Virus record (IMG/VR): IMGVR_UViG_3300027668_001405
Span: 64,001-128,000 of that record
From: a virus
Length of the DNA: 64,000 nucleotides
Strand: one strand, 5' to 3'
Made by a program: the position numbers and the translations under genes
Notes under the pieces: generated by a model
Told to the model about the DNA's origin: nothing
Databases searched by the model: none
Seen by the model: only the letters and a program-made list of their open reading frames with translations
In this document: positions 47,022-55,347 of the stretch, piece by piece
Position numbering within the stretch: position 1 is the stretch's first letter
Layout of the letters: every line of letters begins with the position of its first letter

Positions 47022-48269
47022 TTAATTTGAAGAAACATGTTGATAATTTTTTCTCCAATCATTTCCTGTTACTTGTTTTAATGAGTAATCTACTACCTTT
47101 ACTATAGGTTTGACTGATTCAACTGAGCTGATACAAAGTGCATTAAATCCAGTAATTTCGTCAATTCCTTCTCGTACATGGAACATTCTCATTGAAGCAT
47201 GCATATCATCTGACCTAGTTGGATCAAACTTTACACCAGTTACTTCTTTCATCATTACAGCTATTCCATATGCGTGTTGATGAGTAAACTTACGAGCTAA
47301 GTCTTTACTAACAGCGTTCCTTACTTTTGCATGCCACTTCCTGCTTTTAAACTTATCCCAATCAACAATAGCTAAGTTAACTAGTTCTGCTGATGCTGTT
47401 AATTTCTTCTGTAACTTTGGTGGTACCTCTGCACCCCATAGTTTAGCAATGTAAACATAACCAAGTGCTGACTGTACTCCTAATGAGTGATACCATTGAG
47501 CTCTAGAACCTCTAAACGAATTATTATTAATATATCCATCATCAAAGAATAGTTTGCTTATTTCTTTGAACCTAAAGTTAATTTCTTTAGCGGCAAGCTT
47601 CTTATCACCTGTCCAGGCTGCATAAGTTAATGTTGTCATTCCACCATTAGCAAATTGATAAAAACCTGAATCTTTTTTCCCCCATACATCGGGCTTCATA
47701 AACCTCTTCCACATTCCTTCAACATATTTGTCTATGATTGCAATTTCTGCTTTAGTCATGCTAGATTTTAATTTAATTACGTTAGTTAAGTAGTGACCAA
47801 AGAAATGCATTGCACCTTGATACTCGTGATAATAACATGGTGCGTTAGGGTCATTATTTTCCCAACACTTTGGCTTATGCTGTAATTCGGCACGATTAAT
47901 AGTGTTATATAATTGATTTGCCTCTGCAAGATCTACTGCAAGGTCTATTGCAATTTGAATGTTAGCTTCGTTGTTATTAACTAGTGCATTGTGTGTAGCT
48001 ACTTTCCATTTTTTAACAGGACCAATCATAGCCTGCCCACTATCAAGTGATGTACCATTTTTTGTGTGTTCTTCACTCCAATCAAATCCAAGAATATTTT
48101 GGAAATCTTCAAGTAAGAACTTAGAACTAAAAGTGTTATTAGGCATAGCATCACACTGCTTAACCTCTTCAGTAAAGAAATGGTTTGCAAAGGTAATATC
48201 TTTGCCTGTAGTTTTTGCTAACGCTGATGTTGATAATAATGTTATTAAAATAATCGCATAGTATTTCAT
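47022..48269 (-). CDS. Secreted protein, possibly alginate-lyase-like (alpha/alpha barrel)
   Basis: Signal peptide; DGYINNNSFRGSRAQWYH segment resembles alginate-lyase-family proteins; unverified. Confidence 0.4.
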   Translation of the reverse strand: MKYYAIILITLLSTSALAKTTGKDITFANHFFTEEVKQCDAMPNNTFSSKFLLEDFQNILGFDWSEEHTKNGTSLDSGQAMIGPVKKWKVATHNALVNNNEANIQIAIDLAVDLAEANQLYNTINRAELQHKPKCWENNDPNAPCYYHEYQGAMHFFGHYLTNVIKLKSSMTKAEIAIIDKYVEGMWKRFMKPDVWGKKDSGFYQFANGGMTTLTYAAWTGDKKLAAKEINFRFKEISKLFFDDGYINNNSFRGSRAQWYHSLGVQSALGYVYIAKLWGAEVPPKLQKKLTASAELVNLAIVDWDKFKSRKWHAKVRNAVSKDLARKFTHQHAYGIAVMMKEVTGVKFDPTRSDDMHASMRMFHVREGIDEITGFNALCISSVESVKPIVKVVDYSLKQVTGNDWRKNYQHVSSN

Positions 48270-48271
48270 AA

Positions 48272-48460
48272 TTACTCCGTTAGGGTTGTGTTAATAGATG
48301 GTGCTTCTACACATAGAAACACTGCTGAAGGATTTGGGCTTTCATTGGATACTGTAACCAATGCTTCATAGCAAAATTCTTCATACTTAAAGTCAGCTAC
48401 CTTTAAGGCACTAACCTGTGGGTCCTCAATACTTATTAATACCAAAACTAAAAGCCACAT
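48272..48460 (-). CDS. Small hypothetical protein
   Basis: 62 aa; hydrophobic N-terminus, two Cys. Confidence 0.5.
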   Translation of the reverse strand: MWLLVLVLISIEDPQVSALKVADFKYEEFCYEALVTVSNESPNPSAVFLCVEAPSINTTLTE

Positions 48461-48882
48461 TATGCTACAGCCCTCTCCAGGTATTCACACGTGTAGTTTA
48501 ACCTTTCACCTGCTGGTCCCATTAGATAGGATTCTGATTTGCCTGAATAATCACCGTTCCAATAGGCTTCGGCTTTGGTGAACTTAGTGGCAGTATACTC
48601 CCCACCAAATAGGCTTTTGGTTACGTTCCAAGGAGTTTCCCATGACTCGCACACAATAGCATTATTCTGCTCTACAGTAGAACTCTCGATTGTTTCACTG
48701 CTACCAAAATCAGCATGCTCTACGAACCGAGCGATCATTAACGCATCTTGCTCGGTGGTAGTACCAGCCATAACAAAGGTGGAACCACCCTTGAACTTCC
48801 AATATTGTGGACATTCGCCCGTACCGTCCCAATCATGGGCGCCATAATTCTCTTTAAACTGTGTTTGAATTACTAATTTCAT
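48460..48882 (-). CDS. Phage hypothetical protein (putative early gene)
   Basis: ENYGAHDWDGTGECPQYWKFKGG motif that I recognise from other phages; follows a sigma70 promoter. Confidence 0.7.
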   Translation of the reverse strand: MKLVIQTQFKENYGAHDWDGTGECPQYWKFKGGSTFVMAGTTTEQDALMIARFVEHADFGSSETIESSTVEQNNAIVCESWETPWNVTKSLFGGEYTATKFTKAEAYWNGDYSGKSESYLMGPAGERLNYTCEYLERAVA

Positions 48883-48897
48883 ATTACGTTCTCCTAA

Positions 48898-48954
48898 CTT
48901 TGTTTAACTTATACTACTATTATAGCAAGAGTTCTTGGTGTTGTCAACCTTTTT
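48898..48954. repeat. 57 bp promoter-containing direct repeat, copy 2
   Basis: Matches 22128-22184 with 4 mismatches. Confidence 0.85.
48919..48947 (-). promoter_or_regulatory. sigma70-type promoter with internal palindrome
   Basis: TTGACA, 17 nt, TATAAT; CAAGAGTTCTTG at 48926-48937. Confidence 0.85.
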
Positions 48955-49137
48955 TTACCAAAAATACATAAAATTTGGGTCATTTTTCAATAAAACAGTA
49001 ACATTATTAGATAGTGTCATTGCATTACTGCTTATTTCTACTACTTTAACTGCTTTAAACCCACTGTATTTGTATTCATCTTGATCTGTGCTTTTGGGCC
49101 AAAGTGTTACATAATTTCCTATTTTTACATTTTCCAT
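48955..49137 (-). CDS. Small hypothetical protein
   Basis: 60 aa ORF in an early-gene run. Confidence 0.5.
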   Translation of the reverse strand: MENVKIGNYVTLWPKSTDQDEYKYSGFKAVKVVEISSNAMTLSNNVTVLLKNDPNFMYFW

Positions 49138-49334
49138 TAATCTAAATCACACACCCATTCTTTGCCTGTGAATTCTGCAACCAATGTATCCGTGCTTAGA
49201 CCAAATGGTGAACGGATAGTTGCTAGTGGCTTAGTAGTGAATTCGCATATAGTGCTAGACACAACATCTACTTTCTTAACGCCATAGTCTGTGTCATACC
49301 CGCGATTTAAAAAGTGTACATTTAGTTTTTGCAT
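49137..49334 (-). CDS. Small hypothetical protein
   Basis: 65 aa; AGGA upstream; follows a promoter. Confidence 0.55.
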   Translation of the reverse strand: MQKLNVHFLNRGYDTDYGVKKVDVVSSTICEFTTKPLATIRSPFGLSTDTLVAEFTGKEWVCDLD

Positions 49335-49371
49335 TGTGTTTTCCTTCTTAATTTATCTAACTTGTACTTAT

Positions 49372-49400
49372 AGTATATAGCAAGACGTCTTGCTTGTCAA
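49372..49400 (-). promoter_or_regulatory. sigma70-type promoter with perfect 14 bp palindrome
   Basis: TTGACA, 17 nt, TATACT; GCAAGACGTCTTGC at 49380-49393. Confidence 0.85.
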
Positions 49401-49585
49401 CCACTTTCTTCCACTTCTGAGTATATTTCTTTTAGCATTGTTTGTAAACACCTAGCCATTTTGAGTTGTGTTGGAGTTAGGCTAGCAATGAAATCTGAAC
49501 ATTCTTTTGCTGTTTCTAATTCTTGCATATGCTCTAGCATTACAACTTGCATATAGGTTAAGTCTGCTATGTCATATGTTTGCAT
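49397..49585 (-). CDS. Small hypothetical protein
   Basis: 62 aa; AGGA upstream. Confidence 0.55.
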   Translation of the reverse strand: MQTYDIADLTYMQVVMLEHMQELETAKECSDFIASLTPTQLKMARCLQTMLKEIYSEVEESG

Positions 49586-49617
49586 GGTGTTTCCTTTGTG
49601 TTTGTTTCCTTAATACA

Positions 49618-49646
49618 GTTATAGCAAATGATTAAGGTTTACGCAA
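49618..49646 (-). promoter_or_regulatory. sigma70-like promoter
   Basis: TTGCGT, 17 nt, TATAAC. Confidence 0.5.
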
Positions 49647-49688
49647 CCGAACAGAAGTATAAAAAATGGTATAAGAAGTATAGGTCAC

Positions 49689-49709
49689 AAAAAAACCCCA
49701 ACTAAGGGG
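49689..49709 (-). terminator. Rho-independent terminator
   Basis: CCCC-TTAGTT-GGGG followed by T7 on the minus strand. Confidence 0.7.
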
Positions 49710-49721
49710 CAAATGTATAAG

Positions 49722-49907
49722 TTATTGTTTTCCGTGCCATCGAAATATAATATCATATAGTCGTTGCAAGTAATATTGTGTAAACCGTAGTCTAGTTTCT
49801 TTAAATGGTTCTGGATGCGGTATCATACCTCTCTGACCATACAATGGCCACTTTGAAGATCCGCCGTATGTGTTACGCATATAATTATCATAGATAACAC
49901 TTTTCAT
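49722..49907 (-). CDS. Small hypothetical protein
   Basis: Start placed at MKSVIY (49907) to avoid overlap with the upstream ORF. Confidence 0.45.
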   Translation of the reverse strand: MKSVIYDNYMRNTYGGSSKWPLYGQRGMIPHPEPFKETRLRFTQYYLQRLYDIIFRWHGKQ

Positions 49908-49908
49908 T

Positions 49909-50163
49909 TTATCCCCAATCCTTATGGTCACCAAATTCTTCATTTTGTCTATAGCCTTCATTGTAGGCTAGGATTTCTGCTTCTGTCATATCCTCTTCTT
50001 TTACTTTTGTAGAATTATGTGTTCCCCCTAGGAAGTAATGAGGGCGTCCTGGGCGTCGATAATAACTATCAGCTCCACCTCTGTCGTGTGGACCACCATG
50101 TCGTTTGTCAAACTCAGTAAGTTTGTCAATTGTATTTTGAATATCGTGTCCAAGAGTTTCCAT
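49909..50163 (-). CDS. Phage hypothetical protein
   Basis: HGGPHDRGGADSYY...PHY...AYNEGY motif that I recognise from other phages. Confidence 0.7.
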   Translation of the reverse strand: METLGHDIQNTIDKLTEFDKRHGGPHDRGGADSYYRRPGRPHYFLGGTHNSTKVKEEDMTEAEILAYNEGYRQNEEFGDHKDWG

Positions 50164-50198
50164 AGTTTTATTCCTTATATTTTCTATGTAGTAGTTCT

Positions 50199-50227
50199 AC
50201 AATAACATGTAAAGAACTGTATGTCAA
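50199..50227 (-). promoter_or_regulatory. sigma70-type promoter
   Basis: TTGACA, 17 nt, TATTGT. Confidence 0.6.
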
Positions 50228-50233
50228 CCTAAA

Positions 50234-50809
50234 CTAGGTAAAGTCTTTAAAAAAGTCTTTCCTATACAGACATGCCATTATTTCTCTTATAAGATATACG
50301 TACTTACTACCTTGTTCGCTCCATGGTGAAATGTGTAACGCAAGTTCAATTGCTGATGTAGATTTCCATATTGTATTTTGCCATTCTAGTTCTTTTCTAA
50401 AGTCTGCATATACCTCTAAGTTACTAAGTATCCACATATAGTGTTTAATACTTTCACAGTAGTTTGCATATTTCTTAACACCCCAAGGTGCGTTTGGATT
50501 TCCTTTAGCTTTCATTTGTGGATCCTCTTTATTCCACGTTCTAATACCAAATAAATTATTTCCTTCTACTGCAAATCTGCTTTTGCCCCATGCTGTTTCA
50601 TGTGCGGCCATTGCAACGATAAGTTCTATTGGAATTTGTGTGTTTTTAGGATAGGCGGTTGTATCGGCATATATAACATCAACGCATCGTTTGATATCAT
50701 ATGCAAAGTCTCTACTACTTATTTCTGATGCATTTGCCTGTAATGTAAACATAGCAACTGCAAGGAACGCTAGTATTCTTTTCACTAAATATTTATTAAT
50801 ATTTGGCAT
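50234..50809 (-). CDS. Glucosaminidase (GH73 / Bax-like) peptidoglycan hydrolase
   Basis: AMAAHETAWGKSRFAVEGNNLFGIR, Y...ES...Y. True start may be the GTG at 50785 (VKRILAFLAV signal peptide). Confidence 0.85.
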   Translation of the reverse strand: MPNINKYLVKRILAFLAVAMFTLQANASEISSRDFAYDIKRCVDVIYADTTAYPKNTQIPIELIVAMAAHETAWGKSRFAVEGNNLFGIRTWNKEDPQMKAKGNPNAPWGVKKYANYCESIKHYMWILSNLEVYADFRKELEWQNTIWKSTSAIELALHISPWSEQGSKYVYLIREIMACLYRKDFFKDFT

Positions 50810-50817
50810 ATAGTAAT

Positions 50818-50846
50818 ATTATACGTTTACTTCGATTAGTTGTCAA
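50818..50846 (-). promoter_or_regulatory. sigma70-type promoter
   Basis: TTGACA, 17 nt, TATAAT. Confidence 0.75.
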
Positions 50847-51009
50847 TGGTTCTTTTACTGGGTTTTTTGCGTATTTTGTCTATTATTTTCTTCTTTATAG
50901 GCGAAATAGCAACATCTCCAACAGTAACAGTACCAATTCCCTTTAATGTAAACAGTGAAGGGCCACATGCATTAAGCATTAAAAAGCAACTAATCAATAG
51001 TAATCGCAT
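50836..51009 (-). CDS. Small putative lipoprotein not in the ORF track
   Basis: Manual translation MRLLLISCFLMLNAC-GPSLF...KKPSKRTIDN* (57 aa); lipobox L-N-A-C; TAATG coupling to the polB stop. Confidence 0.65.
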   Translation of the reverse strand: MRLLLISCFLMLNACGPSLFTLKGIGTVTVGDVAISPIKKKIIDKIRKKPSKRTIDN

Positions 51010-53702
51010 TACCACTCAAATAGGTTAGTGAACGTTGTTTTAGCTGCCGCTTTATCTAAGCCCCAATCGAGAACACCAAGTAAGTTTTCTAACTTCTTAC
51101 TTACTACAATTTCTTCCATTTGATCATCATCAAAAGGCAATACCTTAAACCATTCTGGGAGCCTTGTTTCGTCTGTGGGATATCCTACACTTGTAAAGCC
51201 CATTGGATTATCTTTCAAACGACATACAATTGTTTTCATACCATCTGTAATTTCTACTGCATAATTATCGCTGTTAATCTGACGTAACTTATTCCAATTC
51301 AATGCCGCTGTAACGTGTCCAGGCATAGCAGGCTTCTTAACATCTTTAAGAGCTTTGCCGTTGTTGTGTGCATGATTACGATCTTTATCATAACGTGCCA
51401 TTTTACCTCGATACGCTGTTAAGTTATTAACACGCTTTGGACTACCTTTTTGCCAACTAGGCTTTTCACGATACTCTTTACGGAACTCAATAATACGTTC
51501 AAGTACTTCTTGTTCTTCTGTACCAGTAAGTACTTTTAACAATAGCTCTTTGAGAAAGTCTTGCATCCATACAGGAGTATCACTACGTTTTAGATCTAAG
51601 CCCATTGCTTTAATGTAACCATCTTTGCCGTCATTGTCCTCACGTTTACCTTCATTATCAAACACAAGCATTGCATAACGCTTCTTTGTAATAAAGATAC
51701 CTGCACTACCAACCATTTCTCGTCCTGCGGCAATAATCTCACCTAGTTCAAGTGTTGTGTGAAATGACTTATTCATAAAGCCAGGAAACGTTTTGTTTAC
51801 TTCTTCACAAACTGCATCATAGTAAGCAATAATATTATCTCTATCCCAATTAATTTCACCCTTGTTAATCTGTTCCTTTAACATAGGATATGCACTAAAG
51901 TAAGTAGAGTCAGTATCACCATATACAATTGCATCACCTTGGTGATCATAAACGCCTGCCATAACCTTATTAAGTTCGCCTGCCATGTGTTTAGCAATGC
52001 AACGACCTGTAAGTGTTGTACTCTGTCCCAAGCGACTATCAAAGAATCTACTACCAGGATTAAGTAACGCACCATATAAACTGTTCAAGTTAATCTTCTT
52101 AACCAACTGTCGCTTATCCCAATACGCAAACTTATCGCCACCTTCATCACGTGCCGCACGTGCTTTTGATTGTAAAACTTTACGTTCAGCATACCAACGC
52201 TCTAGCAATCCAGGAATAACACCTTTCTTTTCATATGTAAAGATTGTGCCGTTTGCACTCATTATCCAAGGCTGTCCACTATTAAATACAATTTCATATA
52301 TCTCTGCACCTGTTGCTTCAAAACTAGTTCCGTCTTCAAAGTCTAAGTGTAGTATTTCTTCAATATCTTTTTCCATTACCTTTTCATATTCCGGACACGC
52401 AAATCGTCCTTCCCATGCTTCAGCAACTGTCTTAGCATTTGCAATTAATTCTTTTGTGTACACTTGTCTAACTTGACCAATAATAGTTTCAGTACTCATA
52501 TTACAACTACGGATAATACTAGGATACAGTGAGTTCAAGTCAATACTGCCTACCCATTTATGCATACCTTTTTTAGGTGTTGCAACATATGCACCTGCCG
52601 CTGATGTTGTGTCTTTGTCATAACGTTTGTCTGGACAGATAAGACCCTGTGCATGTGCTTCGTTAAGAATAGCTTGGTCTGTTTGTGCAACTGCACCCAT
52701 TGTTGTTTGTAGTAGAACTGTGTTAGAGTGTGCTAGTACATTAGCTAAGTCAATAAACTGTAGCTTTGCATCTAGTTTAACAAGCAAGTCAACGTCTTGC
52801 CTCGAATATGCAATAAACTTTTCAAAGTCATTGTTGTATAACTGATCTAGTGTGCCTTCGTATTCTACTTTACGCTCACCAAGCTCATAATCACCAATTG
52901 CATCTAATGCATAACTGTGCATTTCATGATATGTATACTTGCGATAAAGTTGCATGTAATCCATGTGTACACGCCCAATAGTATCATACGTTTGTTGTAC
53001 AGCACCAAAGCGTTCAAACTCACGTGGCTTAGGAAACTTATCCCATAAACAAAATCTACGTGTGTGACTCTTGCTTAATACTTTTGCTACACGATTAACA
53101 AGATATGGAATATCAAAGCCTTCGCTGTTCCAACCAGTCATTACGTCTGCATCATCAATTAGATCTAAAAATGCTTCAAGCATTTCACGTTCAGTACTAA
53201 ACAAAATAGTATTTTCAAACTTATCAGTAATTTCAGTAGCCGCGGCCATTGTTAATGTCTTAGGTGCAATAGATAAACATATAGTTGTATTCATCCAACT
53301 GTTGTGTAAGCTAATTGCTGTTACTGCGTTAAATGGATCATGTGGTGGAGCAAAGCCTACATCTTTATTAAAGTCTGTCTCAATATCAAAGAAACAAATA
53401 TTAAGATCTGGTGTTTCAGTAGGATCATAATTCTCTGCGAATGTTTTAAAGATTACATTCACATCACTCTCATACAAGCCTTTGTGTCCGTTAATCTTTT
53501 TCTCAGTATTAAACTTCTTGCTAGTGTTGCATACAACACGCTCAAGCTTCTCGCCAAATATACTAGTATACTTGCCACGTTGCTCTTTATAATAAAATGT
53601 ATACTTTGCTGGAATTTCTTTAAATTCACGTTTACCATTAACACGTTCTACAACGTGTACAATGTCTTTATCTCTGTCGTGTGTTGCGTCTACATAGCTC
53701 AT
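51009..53702 (-). CDS. polB: Family B DNA polymerase with 3'-5' exonuclease
   Basis: ExoI FDIETD, ExoII WNSEGFD, ExoIII YSRQD; DLNSLYPSI, KINLNSLYG, YGDTDS; no intein-sized insertion. Confidence 0.97.
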   Translation of the reverse strand: MSYVDATHDRDKDIVHVVERVNGKREFKEIPAKYTFYYKEQRGKYTSIFGEKLERVVCNTSKKFNTEKKINGHKGLYESDVNVIFKTFAENYDPTETPDLNICFFDIETDFNKDVGFAPPHDPFNAVTAISLHNSWMNTTICLSIAPKTLTMAAATEITDKFENTILFSTEREMLEAFLDLIDDADVMTGWNSEGFDIPYLVNRVAKVLSKSHTRRFCLWDKFPKPREFERFGAVQQTYDTIGRVHMDYMQLYRKYTYHEMHSYALDAIGDYELGERKVEYEGTLDQLYNNDFEKFIAYSRQDVDLLVKLDAKLQFIDLANVLAHSNTVLLQTTMGAVAQTDQAILNEAHAQGLICPDKRYDKDTTSAAGAYVATPKKGMHKWVGSIDLNSLYPSIIRSCNMSTETIIGQVRQVYTKELIANAKTVAEAWEGRFACPEYEKVMEKDIEEILHLDFEDGTSFEATGAEIYEIVFNSGQPWIMSANGTIFTYEKKGVIPGLLERWYAERKVLQSKARAARDEGGDKFAYWDKRQLVKKINLNSLYGALLNPGSRFFDSRLGQSTTLTGRCIAKHMAGELNKVMAGVYDHQGDAIVYGDTDSTYFSAYPMLKEQINKGEINWDRDNIIAYYDAVCEEVNKTFPGFMNKSFHTTLELGEIIAAGREMVGSAGIFITKKRYAMLVFDNEGKREDNDGKDGYIKAMGLDLKRSDTPVWMQDFLKELLLKVLTGTEEQEVLERIIEFRKEYREKPSWQKGSPKRVNNLTAYRGKMARYDKDRNHAHNNGKALKDVKKPAMPGHVTAALNWNKLRQINSDNYAVEITDGMKTIVCRLKDNPMGFTSVGYPTDETRLPEWFKVLPFDDDQMEEIVVSKKLENLLGVLDWGLDKAAAKTTFTNLFEW

Positions 53703-54166
53703 ATTTTATACTCAAAGTTTTGGGTAGTAGGATTAATGTTAATTAACCTAGCACCGTTTCTAATGTGATAATGTGTCGCCATTGGCGTTAGTGGTGATAA
53801 TGTCATAATAGTTTCTATGTTACCTTTTGTCCTCATAAATTTTAAAAGCTCTTCCATGATCTTTTTGCCTGCACCTTTTTTCAAAGACCAAACTGTGTAT
53901 GCTATTGCTATCTTGCCATCTACGTGACTCATAAGATCTAGTTCTTTAACAGTAGTCGGAATTTCATCTGTGTACGCAATACAAATAACACCTTCTATAT
54001 CGCCATCGTATTGTAGTCCAAATATCTTCCTACCTTTGTCTTTGCGAAATTCGTTGCTTAGTTCGGGCCTAACAGGATCATGTGTTATATCAATGCTATC
54101 TAATTCTACTATTTCTGCTCGCTTGATCCAACTATAAAAGTCGAAATCGTATCCTGCTATTTTCAT
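53699..54166 (-). CDS. Hypothetical protein, GNAT-like
   Basis: AYTVWS.KKGAGK and TLSP...A..YH..NGA pattern. Confidence 0.45.
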   Translation of the reverse strand: MKIAGYDFDFYSWIKRAEIVELDSIDITHDPVRPELSNEFRKDKGRKIFGLQYDGDIEGVICIAYTDEIPTTVKELDLMSHVDGKIAIAYTVWSLKKGAGKKIMEELLKFMRTKGNIETIMTLSPLTPMATHYHIRNGARLININPTTQNFEYKI

Positions 54167-55347
54167 AAATTGATTTTCCAGTATTTTTCTAATTGTGGGA
54201 TATAGTTAAGTATACTTGTTTTTCTGTGTTTGTCAAGTATTTCCGTTGTTTTACAGAAGAAATTCCAATCATCTATATCTTCTTCTGTGCGAGGTTTTCT
54301 AAGTGAATATATTAATGCGTCTGTATATTTTGAATTAGCTTCTAACCAATCTGCTAATTCCAACTTGTACTCTACATCAGGGTGAACTGACATACGCAAG
54401 TATCTAGGAAATGCAAGTGGGCTATTAAATAAGCCGGCGTTATGTGTTAAAACATGTTCACTACCCCATTCAACATATTCTTTAATGTTATACACATTGA
54501 GTAGTTGTGGAGTATATGACATACTAATTTTAAAATTGTGCTGTTGTTCTATAATTCTATCTTGTATTAACTTACCTTTATACTTTCCAATTGGTGTGCT
54601 TGGACGAATGTATTCATACAAATGATTTATGCCGTCCATACTTACAATTAGTTTTGCATTTAGTTTTGTTAATTTCTTTACAATATCATCTTTTACTAAT
54701 GTAAGATTAGTTATAATTTTTAACTCTCCTTTGTAGCTGTGTTCATTTAACTTATCCAATAGGTAAACAAACTGCGGTGTATAAAAAGGTTCGCCACCAC
54801 TTACATCAATTAATGATGCATTTAAAAACTCTTGTAAATTATCATCTACAACATTACTTGGTAGCCCATAATCTCTGCCTTTGGGATTAAAAATTGCTCT
54901 TCCAACTTCGTCTCCTAATGCATCGGATAATACTTTAGCATCTTTATACCAACCTGTGCTTCTATGTGGACTGCACATAGTACATCTTAGATTACATGCA
55001 TTACTAAAGTCTATCTTAATCTTACGTAGTTTTCCCGGTTGAGTTCCTTTGGTTGCTCCATGAGCAAATTCGCTAAAGTTATTATAACGCATACTTTGAC
55101 CAACAGCTTCTTCACCATTAATACAAAGTTCACATCCAGATGGTAAAATATTAGTAAGTGTTTGCTTTCTTGCTAACTGATAATCTTCACTATCAAATGC
55201 TTGCTGTATACTCATGTCGTTAATGTTTCCAACAAAGCCTTTATGTATGCAACAGAATCCTATACGTCCTTCTTGATCAACGTGTACTTCGTTATGTGGA
55301 CTTACGCAATAAGTGTTATCTGGACTGGGTCTATTTTGTGAAGACAT
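54163..55347 (-). CDS. N-terminal twitch-domain radical SAM protein (isolated copy)
   Basis: YCVSP...FCC...CELC, CNLRCTMC, SGGEPF, ITNLT, SMDG; start placed at MSSQ (55347). Confidence 0.9.
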   Translation of the reverse strand: MSSQNRPSPDNTYCVSPHNEVHVDQEGRIGFCCIHKGFVGNINDMSIQQAFDSEDYQLARKQTLTNILPSGCELCINGEEAVGQSMRYNNFSEFAHGATKGTQPGKLRKIKIDFSNACNLRCTMCSPHRSTGWYKDAKVLSDALGDEVGRAIFNPKGRDYGLPSNVVDDNLQEFLNASLIDVSGGEPFYTPQFVYLLDKLNEHSYKGELKIITNLTLVKDDIVKKLTKLNAKLIVSMDGINHLYEYIRPSTPIGKYKGKLIQDRIIEQQHNFKISMSYTPQLLNVYNIKEYVEWGSEHVLTHNAGLFNSPLAFPRYLRMSVHPDVEYKLELADWLEANSKYTDALIYSLRKPRTEEDIDDWNFFCKTTEILDKHRKTSILNYIPQLEKYWKINL

